From positions 1,770 to 65,769 of the forward strand of contig CAMBMK010000002.1 of the NCBI GenBank assembly GCA_945868745.1: a DNA stretch of 64,000 bases, written 5' to 3'. Each line of letters begins with the position of its first letter. Position 1 is the stretch's first letter. The translations under genes were made by a program, and so were the position numbers. The stretch is from an uncultured Bacteroidales bacterium (GTDB lineage Bacteria > Bacteroidota > Bacteroidia > Bacteroidales > UBA932). Positions 38,869 to 48,764 of this stretch are shown piece after piece. Under the pieces are notes generated by a model. The model did not search any database. It saw only the letters and a list, made by a program, of their open reading frames with translations, and was not told the DNA's origin.

Positions 38869-39660
38869 ATGAAAACACTCAGAATGATTGCAGCTTCAGC
38901 CTTTGTCGTATTGGCTGTCGCTTGTACTTCTTCAAAAGGCGGTAGCGAGTCCGCCTCACTTGCCGATTCCCTCAAGGCGGCAAAGCCTGTCAATCCTGAA
39001 TCACTTCTCCCGAAGAAATCCCTTGTTGACTCCGTAAGCTACTATCTCGGCGTCAATTACGGTCCAATGTTCAAGCAGTATGACTTCGGTGAGATCAACT
39101 ATAACCTCGTTCTCAAGGGACTCAAGGATTTCATTGCAGCTGAAGGCGACATGAAGGATTCCAACTTCGTAAAGCAGTTCAAATACAACCCTGAGGATAT
39201 GGGAGCTGCCATCAACAAGCTCCTCTCCCAGAGGAACGAATACAAGCTCGCCGTCAATTCCGACAAGGAGCAGAAGTTCCTCGCATCCAATGCAAAGAAA
39301 GAGGGCGTGACCGTTACCGGGAGCGGCCTCCAGTATGTCATCTCCGAGCAGGGCAACGACAACAGGCCTGCTTCAAGGGACACCGTATATGCCCACTACA
39401 AGGGTACCCTTCTCGACGGAACCGTATTTGACGAGGTGCCTGCAGACCAGCCTTCCGCCGAGTTCACCCTCAACCGTGTGATTGCAGGATGGACCGAAGG
39501 CCTCGCTCTCATCGGTGAAGGCGGCAAGATCACTCTCTATGTACCTGCAGAGCTCGGTTACGGCAAGAGGGGTACAAGGGGCATCGAGCCGAACTCAACC
39601 CTTATCTTCGAGGTGCAGCTCGACTCCGTCAAGCACTATGTAGCTCCTCAAGCAAAGTAA
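38869..39660 (+). CDS. FKBP-type peptidyl-prolyl isomerase, lipoprotein
   Basis: Lipobox AVAC; HYKGTLLDGTVFD, VIAGWTEG and LIFEVQL motifs. Confidence 0.93.
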   Translation: MKTLRMIAASAFVVLAVACTSSKGGSESASLADSLKAAKPVNPESLLPKKSLVDSVSYYLGVNYGPMFKQYDFGEINYNLVLKGLKDFIAAEGDMKDSNFVKQFKYNPEDMGAAINKLLSQRNEYKLAVNSDKEQKFLASNAKKEGVTVTGSGLQYVISEQGNDNRPASRDTVYAHYKGTLLDGTVFDEVPADQPSAEFTLNRVIAGWTEGLALIGEGGKITLYVPAELGYGKRGTRGIEPNSTLIFEVQLDSVKHYVAPQAK

Positions 39661-39681
39661 TCCGTATACAATATGACCTTT

Positions 39682-39715
39682 GCCTGCTCAGCCCAAGTGC
39701 CGGGCAGGCTTTTTT
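39682..39715 (+). terminator. Rho-independent terminator
   Basis: GCCTGCTCAGC/GCCGGGCAGGC stem followed by TTTTTT. Confidence 0.6.
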
Positions 39716-39726
39716 CACAAAAACAT

Positions 39727-40107
39727 ATGGCAAATTTCGAACTTGAAGGCACCCTTTCTTCCAAGCTTGCCCCGCAGACGGGACGTTCCGCCCGCGGAGA
39801 ATGGGCAAAGCAGGAGTTTACCGTAGAATTCCAGGACGGCAATTTCCCGTCCACGGCGGTGTTCTCGGTATGGGGGCAGGACAAGGTCAGCGACCTTGCA
39901 AAATATAATGTCGGGGACAGGGTGAAGGTCTCATTCGGCATCAGCAGCAGGGAATACAATGGCCGGTGGTACACCGACCTCAGGGCGTGGAGGATTGCCC
40001 CGCAGGGCCAGCAGGCTGCACAGGGATATGCACCGGCAGTACCGGACATCCCTTCCGCTCCGGCCCCTTCCGCCAGTGACATCCCTGCGGATGACCTTCC
40101 GTTTTAA
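39727..40107 (+). CDS. DUF3127 family protein (OB-fold, SSB-like acidic tail)
   Basis: W.KQEF, SREYNGRWYTDLRAW and C-terminal DDLPF. Confidence 0.88.
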   Translation: MANFELEGTLSSKLAPQTGRSARGEWAKQEFTVEFQDGNFPSTAVFSVWGQDKVSDLAKYNVGDRVKVSFGISSREYNGRWYTDLRAWRIAPQGQQAAQGYAPAVPDIPSAPAPSASDIPADDLPF

Positions 40108-40133
40108 TTGTTTTCATTCTACCTGATTGGATT

Positions 40134-40793
40134 ATGCGACTCTTTACTTTCGGATACAAAAACAAGTTCAGCAGCATTCTGCGCTCACTGGTAGCAATTG
40201 CCATTGGTATCGTAATGATAATCAGCAATGATGCCACAAGGACTCTTGTACAGGTGATTGCCGCGCTGCTGTTTGCCGCCGGACTGATAACCCTTGTCAA
40301 CGGATTTGTCCAGAAAAGGAGGGGCGGCGGCAGCATGTCCATTTCCGTGACCAATGCCGTCGTGGATGTCGTGCTCGGCCTGGTGCTCTACCTCAATCCC
40401 GGCATTGTCGGCGGGATCATAGTATATCTCATCGGCGCGGCCCTCATCATTTTCGGCCTCCTTCAGGTCCTTGCGATGTACGGTGCCCTGGCGCAGCTGG
40501 GCGGCGGATTCATCTCGCTCGGCCTGTCGATAATGGCAGTGCTCTTCGGCATCGTCATAGTGTTCAATCCATTCAGCAAGGCCATCATGAGCATTCTGGC
40601 GGGGATTGCACTCATCGTGTATGGAGTCTCCGAGCTGGTGTCCGCATGGAAGGTTGACAAGGCCATCAAGGACTACGAAATCAAGTTCACGAGGACAGGA
40701 GAAAGTGCCGAGCGCGTTCCAGAGGACGGGCCGGCCCCGACCGACCTTGACGAAGTGAGGGACATTGATTACCGGAGAGTGGACGAACAGTAG
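40134..40793 (+). CDS. HdeD/DUF308 family membrane protein
   Basis: Six TM segments with repeated G....NP pattern. Confidence 0.8.
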   Translation: MRLFTFGYKNKFSSILRSLVAIAIGIVMIISNDATRTLVQVIAALLFAAGLITLVNGFVQKRRGGGSMSISVTNAVVDVVLGLVLYLNPGIVGGIIVYLIGAALIIFGLLQVLAMYGALAQLGGGFISLGLSIMAVLFGIVIVFNPFSKAIMSILAGIALIVYGVSELVSAWKVDKAIKDYEIKFTRTGESAERVPEDGPAPTDLDEVRDIDYRRVDEQ

Positions 40794-40798
40794 GCAGA

Positions 40799-42781
40799 AT
40801 GATTCCCCAGGACACCGTAGCGAAGATTCTCGATGCCGCCCGTATTGAGGACGTCATCGGGGATTTCGTGACCCTGAAGCGGTCCGGGGCCAATTTTATG
40901 GCGTGCTGCCCTTTCCACAACGAGAAGACCCCGTCGTTCGTGGTCTCACCGGCAAAGGGCATCTACAAATGTTTCGGCTGCGGAAAATCAGGCACTGCGG
41001 TCGGATTCATAATGGAGCACGAAAACCTTTCCTATCCCGACGCGCTGAAATATCTTGCACGCAAGTACGGCATCGAGGTCATGGAAAAGGAGGAAACGGC
41101 CGAGGAGGTGATGGCAAGGCAGAGGAGCGAAACCCTCTATGCGGTCACCGAATATGCCGAGAAGTTTTTCGTGGACAGTCTCTCGACGGAGGAGGGCAGG
41201 GCTCTTGGCGCTGCCTATTTCCGTTCCAGGGGCCTGGAGGATGAGACCGTCCGCAAATACGGGCTTGGATGGGCACCTTCCGACAGGACCTCGCTCAGCG
41301 GGGCCGCGGTTGCAGCCGGATACAGGGAGGAATATCTCCTGGATACCGGTCTTGCCGTCAAATATGACGACGGACGCCTTGCAGACAGGTTTTTCAGCAG
41401 GGTGATGTTCCCGATCCATTCCGTCAGCGGAAGGATCATCGCCTTCGGGGGAAGGACGCTGCGGACCGACAAATCCGTGGCGAAATATGTCAACTCCCCG
41501 GAAACGGAGATTTATGTCAAGAGCAACTCCCTCTACGGCATCTATTTCGCCAAGAATGCCATAGTGCGTCAGGACAAATGCTTTCTCGTGGAGGGCTACC
41601 TCGACGTGCTGTCGATGCACCAGCTGGGCATAACAAACGTGGTGGCTTCAAGCGGTACCTCGCTGACACAGGGCCAGATACGGCTCATCAGGAAGTTTAC
41701 GCAGAACATCACCATAATGTATGACGGCGATTCTGCCGGGATACACGCGGCCCTCAGGGGCATCGGCCTTGTGCTGAAGGAGGGGATGAACGTGAAGGTG
41801 GTCCTTATCCCGGACGGGGATGACCCGGATTCATTTGCACGCAAGCATACCCTCGATGAGGTGACGGCTTTCATCGAGTCCGGCGAAAGGGATTTCATCG
41901 AGTTCAAGGCTGACCTTCTGCTCGGGGAGGCAGGCAATGACCCTTTGAAAAAGGCTGACCTGATCAACGACATTGCCGACACCATAGCCCTGATGCCCGA
42001 CCCCGTGAAGCGCTCGGTCTATACACAGATGTGCGCAGCCAAGTTCGACACCGATTCCGGGATCCTGTTTTCAAGGGTCAGGCAGACCCGCGACCGGATG
42101 CTTGAGGACGAAAAGAAGGCTGCACTCAGGGCTGCCGAAAGGAAAGATGCAAGGCAGGAGGATGAACCTGCGGAGCAGGAAACGGCAAAAGCGGATGCGG
42201 AGACCGGCCGCGTGATTGCGGAGGACCCTTCGCTCTTTCCTGCCGAAAGGGACCTTATGTGGTTCATACTCAACCATGGACTTGAGGAGCTGAAGTTTGA
42301 GTCGGACTCGGAGTTCTATGACCCTGACAATATCTACACAGTAGCGGATTTCATCAGGGGAGTCCTCGACGATGACGGGGGAAAGATGCGCAACAGCCTG
42401 CTCCGGAGGGTTTACGACCTGTATTTCAGCTATTACGATTCCAGTCCCGACATGGCCCAGCAGGACATAGTGAAGGCCATAATGGACGGGAGCGACAGGG
42501 AGGCTGCAGATTTTACTGCCTCATTGACGACGGAAAAATACGTGCTTTCCATCGAAAAGTTCAGAAACGCGATGACTGCCACCTCCTCGGCCCTCGTGCG
42601 CAATGTGCCGAAGGCCATCCTCGTCTATCAGTCGCGCCGGGTGCTTGAACGGATGCGTTCGCTCCAGGACAGGCTCAAGACGGAGCAGGACCCGCAGCAG
42701 CAGGACGGACTTCTGGTTGACATCCAGAAGCTTTCGCAGGTGCGCAAGAAGATTGAGGAAAAATTGGGCAGGGTACAGTAG
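40799..42781 (+). CDS. dnaG: DNA primase
   Basis: CPFHNEKTPSF zinc ribbon, KYVNSPET, VEGYLD, YDGD and DPD motifs. Confidence 0.97.
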   Translation: MIPQDTVAKILDAARIEDVIGDFVTLKRSGANFMACCPFHNEKTPSFVVSPAKGIYKCFGCGKSGTAVGFIMEHENLSYPDALKYLARKYGIEVMEKEETAEEVMARQRSETLYAVTEYAEKFFVDSLSTEEGRALGAAYFRSRGLEDETVRKYGLGWAPSDRTSLSGAAVAAGYREEYLLDTGLAVKYDDGRLADRFFSRVMFPIHSVSGRIIAFGGRTLRTDKSVAKYVNSPETEIYVKSNSLYGIYFAKNAIVRQDKCFLVEGYLDVLSMHQLGITNVVASSGTSLTQGQIRLIRKFTQNITIMYDGDSAGIHAALRGIGLVLKEGMNVKVVLIPDGDDPDSFARKHTLDEVTAFIESGERDFIEFKADLLLGEAGNDPLKKADLINDIADTIALMPDPVKRSVYTQMCAAKFDTDSGILFSRVRQTRDRMLEDEKKAALRAAERKDARQEDEPAEQETAKADAETGRVIAEDPSLFPAERDLMWFILNHGLEELKFESDSEFYDPDNIYTVADFIRGVLDDDGGKMRNSLLRRVYDLYFSYYDSSPDMAQQDIVKAIMDGSDREAADFTASLTTEKYVLSIEKFRNAMTATSSALVRNVPKAILVYQSRRVLERMRSLQDRLKTEQDPQQQDGLLVDIQKLSQVRKKIEEKLGRVQ

Positions 42782-42791
42782 ATAATTATAA

Positions 42792-44993
42792 ATGACACAC
42801 AATATGGACAAGAATTTCAAGAGAACTCTCGTGACAAGTGCACTCCCGTATGCCAACGGACCGGTGCACATCGGACATCTTGCAGGCGTGTATGTGCCTG
42901 CCGACATCTATGTGAGGTATCTCAGGATGAGGGGAGAGGACGTGCTGTTCATCTGCGGAAGCGATGAGCACGGAGTGCCGATCACCATCAAGGCAAAGAA
43001 GGAAGGGGTGACTCCGCAGGATATCGTGGACCGTTACCACCGCATCATCAAGGACTCCTTCACCCGTCTGGGAATCAATTTCGACATCTATTCCCGCACT
43101 ACATCCAAGGTGCACGAAAAGAATGCTTCGGACTATTTCCGCAAGCTCTACGATGAAGGCAAATTCATCACCAAAGAGACTGAGCAGTACTATGATACCG
43201 AGGCAAAGACATTCCTTGCAGACCGCTACATCACGGGTACCTGCCCGAAGTGCGGCAATCCCAACGCCTACGGGGACCAGTGCGAGAAATGCGGAAGCAC
43301 CCTCAGCCCGGAGGAACTCATCGACCCGAAGTCGGCACTGAGCGGAAGCGCCCCGGTGAAGAAGGCCACCAAGCATTGGTATCTTCCCCTGGACCAGTAT
43401 GAACCGTGGCTCAGGGAATGGATTCTCGACAATCACAGGGAATGGAAAACCAATGTCTATGGCCAGTGCAAGAGCTGGATTGACGGAGGCCTCCAGCCGA
43501 GGGCGGTGAGCCGTGACCTCGAATGGGGAGTGCCGGTGCCTGTAGAAGGTGCCGAAGGCAAGGTGCTCTACGTATGGTTCGATGCCCCTATCGGCTACAT
43601 TTCCAATTCGATGGAGCTGCTTCCGCAGAGCTGGGAAAAATGGTGGAAGGATGAGGATACCCGCCTCGTACATTTCATCGGCAAGGACAATATCGTGTTC
43701 CACTGCATCGTGTTCCCTTCAATGCTGAAGGCTGACGGAAGCTACATCCTTCCTGACAATGTGCCTGCCAACGAGTTCCTCAATCTCGAGGGCGACAAGA
43801 TTTCCACCTCCCGCAACTGGGCCGTATGGCTCCAGGAGTATGAGGACGAGTTTGCGGGCCGCGAGGACGTGCTCAGGTACGTGCTCTGCGCAAATGCCCC
43901 GGAGACAAAGGACAACGATTTCACCTGGAAGGATTTCCAGCAGAGGAACAACTCCGAGCTCGTGGCCATCTTAGGCAACTTCGTCAACAGGGCCGTCGTG
44001 CTCACCGGCAAATATTTCGGTGGGATGGTGCCTGCAGATCTCAAGCACGAGGATGTTGATACCCAGGCACTTGAAGAAGTGCGTCAGGCCCGTGCCGAGC
44101 TCGAATCGCAGATCTCCACATTCCATTTCAGGGAGGCTCTCAAGGCCGCTATGAACATTGCCCGCATCGGCAACAAATACATTTCCGACACCGAGCCGTG
44201 GAAGGTCGCAAAGACCGATATGGACCGTGCCGCATCCATCCTCTACACTTCGCTCCAGATCTGTGCCGATCTCGCGATTGCATTCGAGCCGTTCCTGCCG
44301 TTCTCCGCGGAGAAGCTGCGCAAGATGCTCAATGTCGGTATCGACGCCGGCTTCGACCACAGGAAGGGAGAGGGCGAGCCTACAGTCAATTTCTACAGGG
44401 AGGATGAGGCCTGTGCCCTCCATACCGTGCCGGAAGGGGCTGAAATCCGCAGGGACGGCATAGTGCTCAGGTGGGATGACCTCGGATCGTCCGAGCTTCT
44501 TCCTGCAGGACACGCTCTCGGGGCGGCGGAGCTTCTTTTTGCGAAAATCGAGGATGCCGAGGTGGATGCGCAGATAGCCAAACTCCAGGCCACCAAGGCT
44601 GCAAATGAGGAGGCTGCCGCAAGGAAGGCTGCGGAAGAGGCGGCAAAACGCATCGAGCCCCTGAAGGATGAGGTCTCATTCGAGGACTTTGACGCAATGG
44701 ATATCCGCACGGCCAACGTGCTTGCTGCGGAGAGGGTGCCAAAGACCGACAAGCTGCTGAAACTCACCATCGACACCGGTGTGGACCAGAGGGTCATCGT
44801 GTCTGGCATTGCCGAGTATTATTCCCCTGAAGACATGGTGGGCAGGCAGATCTGCATCCTTGCCAATCTCAAGCCTCGCGTCATCCGCGGGATCGAGTCA
44901 AGGGGAATGATCCTGATGGCCCGCCAGGGTGACGGCAAGATGCGTTTCATCACCCCTGCGGAGGCCCTGGCTGCCGGCGCCACCATCGGTTAG
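42792..44993 (+). CDS. metG: Methionine--tRNA ligase
   Basis: [17 protein letters not shown], zinc knuckle, C-terminal Trbp111-like domain. Confidence 0.97.
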   Translation: MTHNMDKNFKRTLVTSALPYANGPVHIGHLAGVYVPADIYVRYLRMRGEDVLFICGSDEHGVPITIKAKKEGVTPQDIVDRYHRIIKDSFTRLGINFDIYSRTTSKVHEKNASDYFRKLYDEGKFITKETEQYYDTEAKTFLADRYITGTCPKCGNPNAYGDQCEKCGSTLSPEELIDPKSALSGSAPVKKATKHWYLPLDQYEPWLREWILDNHREWKTNVYGQCKSWIDGGLQPRAVSRDLEWGVPVPVEGAEGKVLYVWFDAPIGYISNSMELLPQSWEKWWKDEDTRLVHFIGKDNIVFHCIVFPSMLKADGSYILPDNVPANEFLNLEGDKISTSRNWAVWLQEYEDEFAGREDVLRYVLCANAPETKDNDFTWKDFQQRNNSELVAILGNFVNRAVVLTGKYFGGMVPADLKHEDVDTQALEEVRQARAELESQISTFHFREALKAAMNIARIGNKYISDTEPWKVAKTDMDRAASILYTSLQICADLAIAFEPFLPFSAEKLRKMLNVGIDAGFDHRKGEGEPTVNFYREDEACALHTVPEGAEIRRDGIVLRWDDLGSSELLPAGHALGAAELLFAKIEDAEVDAQIAKLQATKAANEEAAARKAAEEAAKRIEPLKDEVSFEDFDAMDIRTANVLAAERVPKTDKLLKLTIDTGVDQRVIVSGIAEYYSPEDMVGRQICILANLKPRVIRGIESRGMILMARQGDGKMRFITPAEALAAGATIG

Positions 44994-45037
44994 GCTCCGC
45001 ACGGCCGCATATTTGAAGAAACTTCCCGCCCTGCAAT

Positions 45038-45068
45038 TTTGCAGATTCGCGGGAATTGACTAAATTTG
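45038..45068 (+). promoter_or_regulatory. Bacteroidota sigma-A promoter of the rubrerythrin gene
   Basis: TTTG at 45038-45041, 19-nt spacer, TAAATTTG at 45061-45068. Confidence 0.65.
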
Positions 45069-45109
45069 AATTTGTATAAAATCAAACAATAGGTTAAACA
45101 TTCAGAGAT

Positions 45110-45664
45110 ATGAAAAAGAAATTCAGATGTCTTGTTTGCGGATACGTCTATGAAGGCGAGAATCCGCCGGAGCGTTGCCCTCAGTGCGGTGTTCCAGCTT
45201 CCAAGTTTGCAGAGGTAAAGGAAGAGGGAGATGCCCCTCAGTGGGCCTGCGAGCACCATATCGGTGACGGAAAGGTTGAGGACCCGGAGGTTCTCCAGGG
45301 ACTGCGCGACCATTTCAACGGTGAGTGCACCGAGGTCGGAATGTACCTTGCAATGAGCCGCCAGGCAGAGCGCGAGGGATATCCTGAGGTTGCAGAGGCC
45401 TTCAAGCGCTATGCTTTCGAGGAGGCTGAGCACGCTTCAAAGTTTGCCGAGCTTCTCGGTGAGGTTGTATGGGACACCAAGACCAACCTTGAGAAGAGGT
45501 ATCAGGCAGAGGCCGGTGCCTGCGAAGGCAAGCTCGCCATTGCAAAGAGGGCAAAGGAACTCGGCTACGATGCTGTGCACGATACCGTTCACGAGATGGC
45601 AAAGGATGAGGCCCGTCACGGTGCCGGCTTCTATGGCCTTCTCCAGAGGTATTTCAAGAAGTAA
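45110..45664 (+). CDS. Reverse rubrerythrin / NADH peroxidase
   Basis: N-terminal rubredoxin domain CLVCG..CPQCG; diiron motifs EAEH and EARH. Confidence 0.93.
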   Translation: MKKKFRCLVCGYVYEGENPPERCPQCGVPASKFAEVKEEGDAPQWACEHHIGDGKVEDPEVLQGLRDHFNGECTEVGMYLAMSRQAEREGYPEVAEAFKRYAFEEAEHASKFAELLGEVVWDTKTNLEKRYQAEAGACEGKLAIAKRAKELGYDAVHDTVHEMAKDEARHGAGFYGLLQRYFKK

Positions 45665-45681
45665 TCCCATATTCGGGACAG

Positions 45682-45718
45682 AAAGGCGGCAGACCTTGAA
45701 GGTTTGTCGCTTTTTTTT
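45682..45718 (+). terminator. Rho-independent terminator
   Basis: GCGGCAGACC-TTGAA-GGTTTGTCGC followed by eight T. Confidence 0.85.
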
Positions 45719-45764
45719 GTGACTGTGTCACAGTTTTGCACAAGAAGGGGCTATCTTTGCAGGT

Positions 45765-48749
45765 ATGAATCCATTTTTGAAACAGGTCGCTGACCATTAT
45801 TATTCGGAGGGGCGTATCTCCGACAAGTGCTTTGTGTTTCCTAACAGGCGCTCCATGGCCTTCTTTGTCAAGTATTTGCGGGAGGCTGTTGCTGAAAGTG
45901 CAAAGGAGGATCCGGAGGGTACAAAGCCTTTGCTGATGCCGTGCACGCTCACAATCAACGATTTCTTCTACCGTATCCACGGAAGTGAGATTACCGACAG
46001 GGTGACTCTCATTCTCGAGCTGTATGAATGCTACAGGCAGCTTTATCCCCAGGCGGAGAGCCTGGACGAGTTCATCAGCTGGGGAGAGGTCATATTGGGG
46101 GATTTTGCCGACGTGGACAAGAATCTCGTCGATGCGGATATGATCTTTGCCAATGTGGCCGATTTCAAGGCTATGGAAGATGACTGTTCGTATATGACGG
46201 AGGAGCAGAAGGCTGCAATCAGGAGGTTCCTCGGCTATTTCCAGGAGGGAAAGGTCCGCAGGGATTCGCCGAAGGAAAAGTTTGTGTCGATATGGAATAT
46301 TCTGCGTCCGCTCTACCACAGCTTCAGGGAAAGACTGCTGTCCGCGGGTTATGCCTATGACGGCATGGTCTATCGCAGCCTTGTCGAAAAGCTCCGCACC
46401 GGCAGTGTTACGGATGTCTTTGCCGAAAGGTTCCCCGGGGTGGATTCTTTCGTCTTTGTCGGCCTGAATGCCCTGAACGGATGCGAGAGTGCCGTGCTGA
46501 AAAAAATGAGGGATGCGGGTCTGGCACAGTTCTGCTGGGACTTCCCGTCAAAAAGGCAGGAGGCCGGTTCGGGAAGGATGATAAGGGATATGCGCAACCT
46601 TGCTTCAGTCTATATGAAACGCAATCTGGAGCTGTTCCCTCAGGCTTTCGAGACGGATCCGGAGGTGATGGATGTGCCGCGGATCAGCGTGGTCAGCGTA
46701 CCTTCGGGAGTGGGGCAGGCCAAGATCCTCCCGGAGATTCTCCGGAGGCTTGCCGTGGATAGCCACGGAGGCGATCTCGCACGGATAGGGACCGATACTG
46801 CTGTCGTGCTCCCGGACGAATCCCTGCTGATGCCGGTGCTCAATTCCATTCCTCCGCAGATAGAGGATATCAATGTCACCATGGGCTACCCGATGAGGGC
46901 GAGTGCCTTCTACAGCCTTATGATGGACCTTGTGTCGATGCAGGTGCATATCAGGCAGTCCTCCGGCGGCCCGATGTTCTATCACAGGCAGGTCTGGGAA
47001 GTCCTGGGCAACAGTGTGTTCAAAAAGGCGCTGGACAGCGGGGGTGAGAGCCTGTGCAGGGCAATCATATCCAGCCTGAAGCATTATATCCCGATGGATA
47101 TGGTCAGGGGCAGTGATGTGATGGAGCTTGTGTTCGACCCTGTCGTGAAGGATGTCACAAAGGCGTCGGCCGATACCGTGGAGGCTCTTGAAGATTATCT
47201 GCTGAGGGTAATCGAGGGGATTGCCGGGAGGCTTCTGGATGACCCGGACATGGCAATCGAAGCGGAGTTTGCAAGGCGGTTCCACGCCTGCGTCCAGCTT
47301 CTGAAGGGGAAGCGTCTCGAAATCCTGCCGGCGACATTCGTCAATCTCCTGTCGCAGCTTGTCGGCCCGGAGAGCGTGCCTTACGAGGGTGAGCCGCTGA
47401 GGGGATTCCAGATAATGGGACCGCTCGAGACCAGGGCGCTGGATTTTGACAACCTGGTCATCCTTTCGTGCAACGAAGGCGTGTTCCCGAAGAGGTCCTC
47501 TTCCCCGTCATTCATTCCTCCGGAGCTGCGCAAGGGCTTCGGGCTGCCAACCGGAGAGTTCAAGGACGCCATCCTTGCCTATTGCTTCTACCGTCTTCTG
47601 CAGCGGGCGGAGAATGTCTGGCTGGTGTATGATTCAAGGACCGAGGGCCTCAAGTCCGGTGAGGAAAGCCGTTATATCAAGCAGCTGCGGTACCATTTCA
47701 GGGTGCCGATGGACACTTATATCGCCAAGGCCGGCAATCTCTCTGCAAAAAAGGAGGAGGACATAGAAAAGCCCGAAGACATCGAAAGCATTGTAAAGGG
47801 GAGGAAGCTGTCGCCAAGTACTCTCAAAAACTACCTTGACTGTCCTGTAAAGTTCTATTACAGTTTCGTTTGCGGTCTGTCCGAGGAGGAGGAAGTGGCT
47901 GAAACCATCGACGGCAGGCTCCTCGGAAGCGTATATCACGACACAATGCAGGCAATTTATCTCGGGGAGGCTGCGATGGACCCTTCGTTCCCGATGGACA
48001 GGCGGGAGGTGGAGAAGGCTGTGCGTGAAGGCCGTCTTGTGCCGCTGAGGAGTGTTTCCGTGCAGTATATCGACTCCTGGCTCGGAAGACGTGATGCAAT
48101 CAGGGACAAGATAACGGCTCTCATGAAGACATATCTCCATTCCATGGAAGTGGGCGGGCGTGACCTTGTCACCTGCGAGGTCATCCTGCGCTATGTGGCG
48201 GATACCCTGAAATACGACAGGAAGCTGCTGGTTGACAAGGGGTTGTCTTTCTTTGAGATAGTAGGTCTCGAGATGAAGGGGACCTGGTCTGTGGACGGAT
48301 TCGGCTTTATGGGCTATATGGACAGGGTGGACAGTTTCGGTGACGGTACGGTCAGGATCCTGGACTACAAGACTGGACGCGTCAGCAGCAATGAGAAAAA
48401 GATACTCGAGGGGAAGATACCGGCAGGGGAAATCGTGGAAAAAATGTTCGGGGAGAAGGAAAAAGACCGTCCGAAGATAGCCCTCCAGATGTTCCTCTAT
48501 GATATGTATGCGGACGATATGCCCGGGATCAAGGGCCGCAACATTGCCAATGTCATATATCAGCCGGCGGAGATTTGTGCTGGACAGGAACCCGGGGAAA
48601 AGGGTTTGCCGGAGGATTCCATCGAGCCTATTATGGAAGGTCTCCGGAGGACACTGGCGGAAATAATAGACCCGGCGGTGCCTTTCAGGCGCCCTGCCGA
48701 AAACGGGCCGTGCGCGTATTGCGACTTCAGGGACTTGTGTGGACGATAA
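45765..48749 (+). CDS. PD-(D/E)XK nuclease, AddB-like subunit
   Basis: FPNRR, LSPS..Y..CP, G.MDRVD, DYKTG and C-terminal CAYCDFRDLC (Fe-S staple). Confidence 0.9.
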   Translation: MNPFLKQVADHYYSEGRISDKCFVFPNRRSMAFFVKYLREAVAESAKEDPEGTKPLLMPCTLTINDFFYRIHGSEITDRVTLILELYECYRQLYPQAESLDEFISWGEVILGDFADVDKNLVDADMIFANVADFKAMEDDCSYMTEEQKAAIRRFLGYFQEGKVRRDSPKEKFVSIWNILRPLYHSFRERLLSAGYAYDGMVYRSLVEKLRTGSVTDVFAERFPGVDSFVFVGLNALNGCESAVLKKMRDAGLAQFCWDFPSKRQEAGSGRMIRDMRNLASVYMKRNLELFPQAFETDPEVMDVPRISVVSVPSGVGQAKILPEILRRLAVDSHGGDLARIGTDTAVVLPDESLLMPVLNSIPPQIEDINVTMGYPMRASAFYSLMMDLVSMQVHIRQSSGGPMFYHRQVWEVLGNSVFKKALDSGGESLCRAIISSLKHYIPMDMVRGSDVMELVFDPVVKDVTKASADTVEALEDYLLRVIEGIAGRLLDDPDMAIEAEFARRFHACVQLLKGKRLEILPATFVNLLSQLVGPESVPYEGEPLRGFQIMGPLETRALDFDNLVILSCNEGVFPKRSSSPSFIPPELRKGFGLPTGEFKDAILAYCFYRLLQRAENVWLVYDSRTEGLKSGEESRYIKQLRYHFRVPMDTYIAKAGNLSAKKEEDIEKPEDIESIVKGRKLSPSTLKNYLDCPVKFYYSFVCGLSEEEEVAETIDGRLLGSVYHDTMQAIYLGEAAMDPSFPMDRREVEKAVREGRLVPLRSVSVQYIDSWLGRRDAIRDKITALMKTYLHSMEVGGRDLVTCEVILRYVADTLKYDRKLLVDKGLSFFEIVGLEMKGTWSVDGFGFMGYMDRVDSFGDGTVRILDYKTGRVSSNEKKILEGKIPAGEIVEKMFGEKEKDRPKIALQMFLYDMYADDMPGIKGRNIANVIYQPAEICAGQEPGEKGLPEDSIEPIMEGLRRTLAEIIDPAVPFRRPAENGPCAYCDFRDLCGR

Positions 48750-48764
48750 AAAGGACAATCAATC

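Noticed and set aside
47634-48758. Long antisense ORF (374 aa), and similar ones at 17240-18049, 21043-21873, 42786-43703 and 50715-51545
   Set aside because: They lie opposite well-supported genes and have no motifs. Such shadow ORFs are expected from GC3-rich codon bias.
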